Source of the DNA: the human T2T-CHM13v2.0 reference genome, Homo sapiens
Length of the DNA: 64,000 nt
Assembly (NCBI RefSeq): GCF_009914755.1
Contig: NC_060925.1
Reading direction: 5' to 3' (one strand)
The notes under the pieces were generated by a model. That model saw only the letters and a program-made list of their open reading frames with translations, made no database searches and was not told the DNA's origin. The position numbers and the translations under genes are program-made. Shown here in pieces: positions 1 to 12,300 of the stretch (position 1 is the first letter of the stretch; each line of letters begins with the position of its first letter).

Positions 1-489
1 ACCCTAACCCGGCGGCGCTAGAGGAATTAAAGACACACACAGAGAAATACAGAGGTGTGAAGTGGGAAATCAGGGGCCTCACAACCTTCAGAGCTGACAG
101 CCCTGAACAGAGATTTACCCACATATTTAGTAACAGCAAACCAGTCATAGCATTGTTTCTATAGATATTCAGTTAACTAAAAGTATCCCTTACGGGAAAC
201 GAAGGGATGGGCCAAATTAAAGGAATAGGTTGGGCTAGTTAACTGCATCAGGAACACGCCCTTAAGACACAGATCGCTCCTGCTATTGTTTGTGGCTTAA
301 GAACGCCTTTCAGCGGTTTTCCGCCCTGGGCGGGCCAGGTGTTCCTTGCCCTCATTCCCGTCAACCCACAACCTCCCAGCGTGGGCGTTAGGGCCATTGT
401 GAACATGTCACAGTGCTGCAGAGATTTGTTTATGGCCAGTCTTGGGGCCAGTTTATGGCCAGATTTTGGGGGGGGGCCTGCTCCCAACA
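1..489 (-). mobile_element. MER9-type (HERV-K HML-3) LTR, cut off by window edge
   Basis: Minus strand starts TGTTGGGAGCAGGCCCCCCCCCAAAATCTGGCCATAAACTGGCCCCAAGACTGGCCATAAAC, matching the MER9 5' end as I recall it. Confidence 0.8.
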
Positions 490-740
490 TGTCTGTTAGG
501 TCTGTTTGGTTTATAATGTTGTTCGAGTCTTCTATTTACTCGTTAATCTTCTGTCTCTGTATTGAAAGCGGGATATTCAGTTGTCTACTTCTCCCTTCAG
601 ATCTGTCAGTTTTTTGTATATTTCGAGGCTCTGTTGTTGGGTGTGTGTATGTTTATGATTATTAGATCTTCTTGGTTTATCGTTATAAAAATTTTCCTTT
701 AATCTGCAGTAATAATTTTTGTGTAAAGTCTATTTTCTGT

Positions 741-1247
741 GATATGAGTGTAGACACTCCAGTTGGTATAAGTGTAGACACTCCAGTTGATATGAATGTA
801 GACACTCCAGTTGGTATGAGTGTAGACACTCCAGTTGGTATGAGTGTAGACACTCCAGTTCGTATCAGTGTAGACACTCCAGTTGATATCAGTGTAGACA
901 CTCCAGTTGGTATGAGTGTAGACACTCCAGTTGGTATGAGTGTAGACAATCCAGTTGATATCAGTGTAGACACTCCAATTGATATCAGTGTAGACACTCC
1001 AGTTGGTATGAGTGTAGACACTCCAGTTGGTATGAGTGTAGACACTCCAGTTCGTATCAGTGTAAACACTCCAGTTGGTATGAGTGTAGACACTCCAGTT
1101 GATATCAGTGTAGACACTCCAGTTGGTATGAGTGTAGACACTCCAGTTGTTCATATCAGTGTAGACACTCCAGTTGGTATGAGTGTAGACACTCCAGTTG
1201 GTATGAGTGTAGACACTCCAGTTGGTATGAGTGTAGACACTCCAGTT
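741..1247. repeat. 24-bp minisatellite (GTATGAGTGTAGACACTCCAGTTG), about 21 copies
   Basis: Direct 24-nt periodicity, giving an 8-aa repeat (SVDTPVGM) in the ORF track. Confidence 0.95.
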
Positions 1248-1425
1248 CTACTTTGGTTACCGTGTGTGGTACATCTTTTTCCATCCCTTTACTTTCCACC
1301 TATTTTTGTCTCTGAAACTAAAGTATCTTTTGTAGATGGTATATCATGTTTTTTTAAGAAACTCCGTCAATGTCTATTAATTGGAAAGTTTAATTCACTT
1401 ACATTTAATATAATTACTGATAAAG

Positions 1426-1761
<336 letters not shown>

Positions 1762-1844
1762 TTATTTGTTTTCTATGTCTGTCTTTTTTTGTTCCTCAGT
1801 TTCTCCATTACTGCCTCCTATTGTTTTAGAGAGATATTTTCTAG

Positions 1845-2143
<299 letters not shown>

Positions 2144-2256
2144 CTTAGTGTAGCATTTTAATTACCTTGTCATTTATTTTACTATATGTTTTTGAGTTAT
2201 TTTAGTGGTTGTCCTGAGGATTACCATTAATATTGTATCTTAATTTACTACAATTA

Positions 2257-2547
2257 GGGTGAGTGTGGTGGCTTATGCCTGTAATCCCAGTGCTTTGGGA
2301 GGCTGAGGCAAGAAGATCATATGAGGCCAGGCATTTGAAAGCAGCCTGGGCAACATAGTGAGACCCCATCTCTAAAAAACAAAATTAGCTCAGCATGGGA
2401 GTGTGCACCTGTAGTCCTCCTAGCTATTTAGGGGGCTGAGATGGGAGGATCACTTGAGCCCAGGAGGTCAAGGCTGCAGTGAGCCACAATCAAACCACAT
2501 TACCCCAGCCTAGGTGACAGAACAAGACCCTGTTTCTAAAATAAAAA
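2257..2547 (+). mobile_element. AluJ-like (diverged)
   Basis: GGTGGCTTATGCCTGTAATCCCAG...GGATCACTTGAGCCCAGGAGGTCAAGGCTGCAGTGAGC. Confidence 0.85.
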
Positions 2548-3379
2548 ATGTTTTAAAATAAACAATTCAGTTTTTTATTAATACCAAGTTAATTTCAAAA
2601 GCATACAAAAACACACTGCTCCTAAAAGTATACAAAAACACTCCTCCTACACAGCCCCACCCCTCTCATGCTGTTGTCACAAATTACAGCTCAGTATATT
2701 TGTGTCCATCAACATGGATTCATAATTATTGTTGTATACAGTTGTCTTTTAGGACAAAACAATCACATACAAAAAAATACATGTATGCTGTCTCTTATAT
2801 TTAATTACACAATGACCTTTTCTGGGGCTCTTTATTTCCTCCTGTGAGTTCCAGTTACTGTCTAGTGTCTTTTCATTTCAGCCTGAAGGACGGTAGGGCG
2901 GGTCTACCTTTGTTTATCTGGGAATGTCTTAATCTCCCCTTCATTTTTGAAGCAGCTTTTGCTAGATGTAGAATTTTTGGTCAACAGTATTTTTACTTTT
3001 GGGAATTTGTGCCATCCCACTGCCTGCCCACCTCACGACCTCTAATGAGAAACTGGCTGTTCATCTTTCTGTGGATGCCTCATACATAACGAGCGGCTTC
3101 TCTCCTGCTGATTTCGACGTTCTCTGTCTTTTGGAAGTTTGCTGATGAGGTGGTGGATCTCTGAGTTTATCCTACTTTGAGTTCATTGAGCTTCTTGAAT
3201 GTGTAGGTTGTTTTTCATTAAACTGGGAAGTTTTCTGCCATTATTTTTTCAAATATTGTTTCTGCTCCTTTCTCTTCTCTCCTTCTGGGACTCCCATTAT
3301 GCATATGTTGGTCCATTTGACAGTGTCCCACCCACAAGTCTCTGAGGCTTTATTTTTCTTCCCTCTCTCTCTCTCTTTC

Positions 3380-4455
<1,076 letters not shown>

Positions 4456-4980
4456 CTCACACTTTCTGTTAGTCCTTTCAAATGGGATCTTCCAAGGAAC
4501 TACTAGACATAAGAAAACAAATAATGACAATTTTTTTTTATAAATGAGGTCTATTTTGCTATCTCCAGTTCTGGGGATGCATGCTGTTGGTTTTTTGAGG
4601 CAACCATTGAGCTGGGGAGCAGAGGATGAAACCAGAGCACGTTAAAATACAACATAATTCACAGTTCTTACCAAGATTCGAGATTTTACGTATCCCATTT
4701 GCTATCCGTCTCTTCTGCTCAAGGGCAGAGATTTCCTGTGAGTTTTCCTCACTCTCGTATCTCCAGTGCCTGACACAGGACAGGAGCTGCACGAGTTTGT
4801 TGAGTGAGTTTCTGGCTGTGAACCTGTGAGGCTGAGTGCACGAACGTGTGGGCAGGTGTGGCTGTACAGGTGCGGGTTCAGATGGGAGTGCAGGTGAGGG
4901 ATGTGGCTGTGGCTGTTCAGACCTGGGGTGTGATCAGGGCCTACGGGCCGCAGCCAGGATGCCTCCCTGCCTCCCTGCAG

Positions 4981-6228
4981 AAGCGGATGCAGCAGATCAT
5001 GGCCCACTGCTTTCTGGCCGCCAAGCCCAAGCTGGACTGCAAGCTGGGTTACTTTGACCTCATTGGCTGTGACTTCCTGATTGATGACAACTTCAAGGTG
5101 CTGTCCTGGGCGGCGGGGGGCACAGTAGACAGATGCAAGGAGGCAGGGGCCATCTGTACACCCTGACCACACTGGCAGGCCCCAGGCAGAATCTGCAGTC
5201 AGCCCCCACCCTGCCTGCATGCAGCCCTGGGGATGGGTGTATCCATGAGGCTCACCCCCTGTGCAGCTAGGATGGAACTGCACCCCCTCCTCAGAGCAGC
5301 CCCCTCAGGCCAGAGCTTCAGACCCTCAGAGCTTCAGTGGACAAACAGGGGAGCAAGGCTATAGGAAGGAAGCAATCTCCCAGAGCCATCTGTCTGAATG
5401 AGGACCAGGGCCTCTGCCTCCTGCTGGCCCAGTGGGCTCGGGGTGAGGAGGGACTGACTGGCGTCTGGGGCAGGTATGGCTGCTGGAGATGAATTCTAAC
5501 CCAGCCCTGCACACCAACTGCGAGGTCCTGAAGGAGGTCATCCCAGGTGTGGTCATCGAGACCCTGGGTGAGCCTCCAAGCCCCCACCCCACACCCCCAC
5601 AACCTGCCCAGTCTTGAATGCCTACCTGCCCTCTTCCCAAGTTCAGACCCCCACAGATGGGGCTCTTCCACCTCCCGAGGGCCTGTGTGGCAGCGCCGCC
5701 CCCTGCCCCAACCTTCCCCACACCTCAGCTCACCTGGGTCCCACCCCTCACACCCTCCCCACCCCCTCCAGCCCCAGCCTCTGCCCCCCACTCACCCTCT
5801 CTCCCCCACCCGCACCAGACCTGGTGCTCGAGACCTTCCGGAAGAGCCTGCGCGGCCAGAAGATGTTGCCTCTGCTGTCCCAGCGCCGCTTCGTGCTCCT
5901 GCACAACGGTGAGGCCGACCCGCGGCCGCACCTGGGGGGCTCGTGCAGCCTCCGCCGCTGGCCGCCCCTGCCCACCCGCCAGGCCAAGTCCTCCGGGCCA
6001 CCCATGCCGCATGCCCCAGACCAGCCGGGCGCCCGCAGGCCTGCGCCACCTCCCTTGGTGCCGCAGCGTCCCCGGCCACCCGGCCCCGACCTGGACAGCG
6101 CCCACGATGGGGAGCCCCAGGCCCCGGGCACGGAGCAGTCGGGCACAGGCAACAGGCACCCGGCGCAAGAGCCTTCCCCGGGGACAGCCAAGGAGGAACG
6201 CGAGGAGCCTGAGAACGCGAGGCCCTAG
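4981..6228 (+). CDS. TTLL10: Tubulin tyrosine ligase-like 10, last three coding exons: 4981-5097, 5474-5567, 5819-6228
   Basis: Canonical AG/GT boundaries with compatible phases. TTL-domain motifs FDLIGCDFLIDDNFK and VWLLEMNSNPAL, then a Pro-rich tail to TAG at 6226-6228. Upstream exons lie outside the window. Confidence 0.92.
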
Positions 6229-6294
6229 GGGCAGCCACCCGCGCCCAGCGCCCCGCGCCCCGCGCCCCAGCCGTGCTGCCTGCCCTCAGGGACC

Positions 6295-6300
6295 TATAAA
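6295..6300 (+). terminator. Probable variant poly(A) signal TATAAA of TTLL10
   Basis: Only AT-rich hexamer shortly after the stop. A canonical AATAAA is at 8288-8293. Confidence 0.45.
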
Positions 6301-9289
6301 GCCCACTTTGCTACAAACACAGTCTCTGCAGCAGAGTCCTGCCACCTCAGCGCCCCTGAGCCCATGCCCACCGGGGTCACCCCCACCACACCAGCACTGG
6401 CCTGAAAGATGCTCCCCTGGGACTTCCCCAGGCCCCCACTAGCCCCCAGTCCATGGCTGGGCCCTGTCCCTGGGGAGACTGTGCTGAGGGAGGGGGTCTC
6501 CGCGGCTGGGCCCAGTCCTGGGGGGCTGTTCTGAGGGAGGGGGTTCCCCACGGCTGGTCTATACTCCCTCCCGGGCTGCCCCATCCTGGGCTCCCGCCCA
6601 CCACCCTGTGCCCCTCAGCACCTGGGCCCTCCTGCCGCCCTGTGACCCCACGGCCCCCATGGCCTGGCCGGTGATCCACCATTGCCTGTCATCCCCAGGA
6701 AGGGTCTGAACCCCTCTGGAGCTCCAAAGGAGGAGCCCCTTGAGCCCAGGATTGCTGCCGTGGGCACCCACAGAGCTCGCCCCAGCCTGCCTGGCACAGA
6801 ACCTTCCTGGGCCTTTAAGCCCCAAGCCTGGCGCTCCAGCTCCCTGAGCCCCCAACCTTCCTGCAGTGGCCCCAGGACTTAGCCAGGGGTGAGGGGCACA
6901 GGGCAGCTAGCCCCAACAAGAGGGTCCCACAGAAGACATGCTAAGCCCACACTGGCCAGGCCCTGGTCAGCCCTGTGTAGCCGCTGATGGTTCTGTTCCC
7001 CATGGGTCTGGGGGTTTGCGAGGAGAGCTCTGGCGTCCCGGGGCCTCTGAGGCGTCCACACTACCCACCCCCTCACTCATCTCCCACCCAGAGAGCTAAA
7101 GTGTATGGGCCTCTTCCCAATGGCTGGCTCAAGGTGTCTGTGCCCCCCAAGTCGAGACCTGAGGATCGGGGGGCCCCGCCCCCAGGCCCACCCCCCACAT
7201 GCCCTGCCTCCGACTCCACACGGTCACGGCCAAGTCGCCGGTCCCTCCTCCTGCCCTGCTCCGCAGCCACGGGGGACTGAGGGGCCAGCAGAATCTGCTT
7301 TGGCCACGTGGCCACCCTGCGCTCCACAGGGACAGCAGCTCCATTCCCTGGGACTCGGCAGCCCCGGCACTGCTAGAAGGCACCGTCGGCTGTGGTCTCT
7401 GGCCAGCACAGCAGGTGGGGCACAGCCAGGGCGCCAGGAAGAGGAGAAGGCAGGACAGAGGGAACTGGGGACCACAGAGGCCAAAGGAGGCCCCAGGTCT
7501 CAGAGCCAGTGAGGAACCACCCCAGGCCAGGGGCAGCCCCCACCAACATGGTCCTTTCGCTGGGGCCTGGAGTGGGGGTTCCCAGGTGAGGGGCTGGGAA
7601 CACACCTGTCATTGTGATGGGGTCCCCAGTCCCCTCCCAGCAGGTCTGTTGGACCCTCTGGGGGCCAAGGGCAGCAGCGGCCTGTTCTGCAGCCCACTGA
7701 GGCCAGGGAGGGGTGAAGCAGGAGGGGCCTGGGAGGGGTGAAGCCTCCATGGCTGGCCAAGCACCCAGGACTTGGTTAATCCACACCTGCTCTTAGGGGT
7801 CAGGGCCACACTGCCTGACGGCTTCCAAGGCCGCTAATGGCCACATCACCTCAGGGTCCTCCCTCTGCTCTTGCTACCCTGATGCCCCTGGGGCCCCTGT
7901 GCCCTCCGGCCTCTGCCCTCGGCTCTGCCCCACATGCCTGGTGCTGTGTCGCGCCATGATCCCAGGTCAGGACTACATCCCCTGGTGACATTGGAACCGT
8001 CCAGCTCCCCTCCCTGTGGCGCGTGTGGTTACACCCCCAGGCTCAGGGGCCCCACGACGTCAGCAGAGGTCACCTGAGCCCGAGGGGACAATGGAACCTT
8101 TGCCGCCCCTGGGCCCTGACTGGATGTGTCACCGCCAGAACCCATGAGGAGGGTGCACGCTGGCAGTGGCCTGCCCTGGCGTGACCGAGCCCCACCCCCT
8201 GCAACCCAGGGCCCCCTGAAGACCTAAGCTGAGGACCCAGATACTGTTCAGGAGTCCTTGGTGCCCCAAAGAGCCCAAAAGTCAATGAATAAACAAGGTT
8301 TCCAGAGAACCCAGGAACAACGGCCACATCCCCGCCGCCCAGCCCGTAAGCACCCGTCTGCGAGGTCACAACAGCATGGACCACCAGGGAGAGGGGGACT
8401 GTGGGTGCCTGAGTATCTGGCAGTACAAGGTGCTCCCCAATATTCAAGTGAAGTGACCAGCCAGGGGCCACAGGAAAGGCATCAGAACTCCTCGGGGACA
8501 CGAGAAGTTCAGGCAGGGTCAGGGCGCTTCCTGGAGACGGCGCCAAGCTGGAGCCTGGGACCCAAGGTGGAGGTTCCTGACAGCTGACCCCCCCACCTCC
8601 CTCTCCCCCTCTCTCTTCCACAGGTGAGTCCTGGGTCCTGCTGCCAGGTAGCGGACTCAAGGGGAAGGTGTGGGGGATTAAGCTGCCCCCCACTCGGACC
8701 CAGGTACAGCCACACACCCTCCATCCCCACAGCCTCCATCGTGGGGCCTGGCCAGCACACTCTCACCAGCAGCGGGGGCCTGGGGTCTGCTGAGGGCCAG
8801 TGGGCCTGCGTGTCTGTTTCAGCTAAAGAGACCTCGGACCCCGGAGGACTCGAGGCCTGCGTGTCCATGGGGCCCCCTGTGCCCCCGCCCCCTCCAGCCC
8901 GTCTCCCCTGAGTGTGTCTTTAAGACGGGGACCAGGACAACTGAATTACCAACTCCGGAAAGACCCCCAATTCCTGGTTTCCAGGAAGATGAGATTTGTG
9001 AGAGGCGGGGGTCTGCTTCCTCCCCAACGCCAGGCGCCACCGCCTCCCATGAGGGTCACTGGCCGAGAGGAGCTAGCCCTCTCCTGTCCTGTCCTCAGAG
9101 CTCAGCCCAGCATCGGAGGGGACAGCAGTGATGACCCAGGTCCTGGTCAGCGGGCACAGATCCCAGCAGCTGGGGCAGCCGGGGACCACCTGTCCCTCAA
9201 GGACCTCCCCACCTGTCCTGGCGCTGGGAAAGGCTGTGTCCAGCTCTGTCTGCGAAGGGGCCCCCGCCATAGGTGTCTCTGTCAGCTGC

Positions 9290-10155
9290 GGGGGGTTCCC
9301 GCAGGGCCAAGTCCAGATCTCAGTGGAGGGTGGGGAGGGGGCTGGCTGGGAGGGGAGGCTCCGCAGCGGCCGGAAGCGCTTCTGGGAACAGAGGTGGCCT
9401 CCGGCCCTTTTCTCAAAAGTCCGACCCCAGCGGGAGGTTGGGGCGGCTGCGGTTTTCCGGGCAGATGGAGGCCGCCCTGTGCGAGTGGCTCGGGCTTCCA
9501 GGGGGAGCAGAGAGGGGCCCCTCCCCGTGGAGCCGAGACCACTGCGCCCCGAGTGGGAGGGGGCGGCGGCCTCTCCGCCGCGACCCCGGCCCCTTCTCCG
9601 CACCCGGCCCCGCCCGACCCTCCGCGCCCTTGGGACCCCCCCCTCCATGGCGGGTTCGCGCTGGCCTCGGCCTCCCCCACTGAGACCCCTGGAGGCGCCC
9701 CCGCCCCCACGCGCGAGAACCCGCCCGCCTCCCCCGGGCTCCGCGACGCACGCTGGGGCCCCCGCCAGGCCCGGAGGGTCGCGCTCCAGGTAAAGCGCGC
9801 GGGGCGGGCCCGGGAGGAGCCGGAGACTCCGGAGACCCCGCCCAGAGCCCGCTCCGCCGCCCGCGGAATCCCCCGCCCGTCCGCTGTGCGTCAGCCCGGC
9901 CGCCCCCGCGCTGACGTTTCCGCGCCGAGGCCCACGCGAGGCCGCCCACGAGGAGTTTCCGCGCTGAGTCAGCCCCGCGGGACCCGCGCTACGCGGGCCG
10001 CCGGTGTTTTCTGGGGCCGGTGCGGGACAGCCCCGGTGTGGGGGGCGCGTGGGGAGAGCCGGGGCCAGGCGGGGAGGATCCGGGCTGCAGGCAGGAGTGC
10101 GCGGGGCAGGGCCCGACCGCTCAGCCTCCCCGGGGCTCACACGGGAGGAGCGCGC
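9290..10155. promoter_or_regulatory. Intergenic CpG island / candidate enhancer downstream of TNFRSF18
   Basis: Very high CpG density. kB-like GGGGGTTCCC 9291-9300 and GGAATCCCCC 9865-9874, CGTCA 9889, TGACG 9912, GCTGAGTCAGC 9963-9973. Confidence 0.7.
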
Positions 10156-10159
10156 CGAG

Positions 10160-11287
10160 CCAGTACCCAGCCCCGAGCCCAGTACCCAGCCTCCAGCCCA
10201 GTACCCAGCCCCGAGCCCAGTACCCAGCCTCCAGCCCAGTACCCAGCCCCGAGCCCAGTACCCAGCCTCCAGCCCAGTACCCAGCCCCGAGCCCAGTACC
10301 CAGCCTCCAGCCCAGTACCCAGCCCCGAGCCCAGTACCCAGCCTCCAGCCCAGTACCCAGCCCCGAGCCCAGTACCCAGCCTCCAGCCCAGTACCCAGCC
10401 CCGAGCCCAGTACCCAGCCTCCAGCCCAGTACCCAGCCCCGAGCCCAGTACCCAGCCTCCAGCCCAGTACCCAGCCCCGAGCCCAGTACCCAGCCTCCAG
10501 CCCAGTACCCAGCCCCGAGCCCAGTACCCAGCCTCCAGCCCAGTACCCAGCCCCGAGCCCAGTACCCAGCCTCCAGCCCAGTACCCAGCCCCGAGCCCAG
10601 TACCCAGCCTCCAGCCCAGTACCCAGCCCCGAGCCCAGTACCCAGCCTCCAGCCCAGTACCCAGCCCCGAGCCCAGTACCCAGCCTCCAGCCCAGTACCC
10701 AGCCCCGAGCCCAGTACCCAGCCTCCAGCCCAGTACCCAGCCCCCAGCCCAGTACCCAGCCCCGAGCCCAGTACCCAGCCCCCAGCCCAGTACCCAGCCT
10801 CCAGCCCAGTACCCAGCCCCGAGCCCAGTACCCAGCCTCCAGCCCAGTACCCAGCCCCGAGCCCAGTACCCAGCCCCCAGCCCAGTACCCAGCCTCCAGC
10901 CCAGTACCCAGCCTCCAGCCCAGTACCCAGCCCCGAGCCCAGTACCCAGCCCCCAGCCCAGTACCCAGCCCCGAGCCCAGTACCCAGCCCCGAGCCCAGT
11001 ACCCAGCCCCGAGCCCAGCACCCAGCCTCCAGCCCAGTACCCATCCCCGAGCCCAGTACCCAGCCTCCAGCCCAGTACCCATCCCCGAGCCCAGTACCCA
11101 GCCTCCAGCCCAGTACCCATCCCCGAGCCCAGTACCCAGCCTCCAGCCCAGTACCCAGCCCCGAGCCCAGTACCCAGCCTCTAGCCCAGTACCCAGCCTC
11201 CAGCCCAGTACCCATCCCCGAGCCCAGTACCCAGCCTCCAGCCCAGTACCCATCCCCAAGCCCAGTACCCAGCCCCGAGCCCAGTAC
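10160..11287. repeat. 19-bp VNTR (CCAGTACCCAGCCCCGAGC / CCAGTACCCAGCCTCCAGC), about 59 units with a 38-bp higher-order alternation
   Basis: Direct periodicity read from the sequence. Confidence 0.97.
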
Positions 11288-11978
11288 TCCACGACGCCGA
11301 AGGGCCGGGTCCTGCCTCCAGGGCTGAGCACCTTCCCCAGTGTCCCTGTGCCACCCTTGGGCTCTCCACACTCCAGGTCCCATGTTGGGGGGGGAGGGGA
11401 GCAGACGTCCCCTCTGCCCCGTCCACCTACTGTGAGCTGGGCCCACCGCCCCACTGGGAGCTGAGCTGGGGGCCAGGTGTGCTGTGCCTCCAGGGTGCTG
11501 CTGAGACGCCTGCACCAGCCTGCCCGCCACTCCCCGGCAGCTGAGGGAGCCTGTATCAGATCTCACCTGGAGCCTGGAGTGGGAGGCTGGGCGGGCCGAG
11601 GGTGGGATGGTGAGGAGAGAGGGCTGGCCTGGAGACGGGGCCGCCCAGCACCAGAAAGTGCTGGATGGCACCCGGGGGCCGGCAGGCTGTGTGGCCAGAA
11701 ACCAGAGACCCAGGGGCACCAGAGAAGAGCCCCAGAACGGGGGAAGCCGCTGAGCCTGTATCCCTGAGGAGCGCTGGGCCCAGGACTGGAATGGCCCCTC
11801 CTCGGGCCCCACCCCCACCCAGCCAGGAGTTCCCAGAATGGGCCCTGGCTGCCCTCCGCTTTGCCCCCTGTGGAGGGGACCACGGCCAGGCATGAGCACG
11901 GTGCCCCAAAGCCCAGCCCCGGGTGCCCCGTCCTCCCCCAGCACCCAGCATGCATCCACTCAGGTCACTGGACAAGTG

Positions 11979-11984
11979 TTTATT
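11979..11984 (-). terminator. AATAAA poly(A) signal of TNFRSF18
   Basis: TTTATT on + strand about 320 nt beyond the stop. Confidence 0.85.
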
Positions 11985-12300
11985 GAAGGTCCCCTGCAGC
12001 CGGGTCCCGTGCTGGGCACTGCACACCCACGGACACAGCCTCCCGTCCTAAGACCCCACCCCATCAGGGCCAGCAAGGGAGGAAGGGGGCCATGACTGTG
12101 TCTCTCTCTCCCTCCTGCAGGGCCCAGCCGCGGCCGCCGAACTGCATGGTCCAGGGCGCTGGTCACTGCCACCTTCCTGCACCCACTTCTGCTGCCAGGG
12201 GAGCAGGGCCCGGCCCAGAGCAGAACGCAGAGCCCCTGCGGCCTGGGGAGCTCCTGGGGAGGGGCTGGCTGCGGTCGGTGGCCCCGGAGGACGGCCAGGC

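Noticed and set aside
1-10. CCCTAACCC telomere-like motif
   Set aside because: Single copy that is part of the MER9 LTR
741-1247. CRISPR-like array (also considered for the 19, 43 and 66-bp repeats)
   Set aside because: Head-to-tail repeats with no unique spacers, in human DNA with no cas genes
8914-11959. 756, 793, 612, 486 and 435-aa ORFs as novel genes
   Set aside because: They are explained by a stop-free VNTR plus a CpG island. They show no domain features and give the same peptide in every frame
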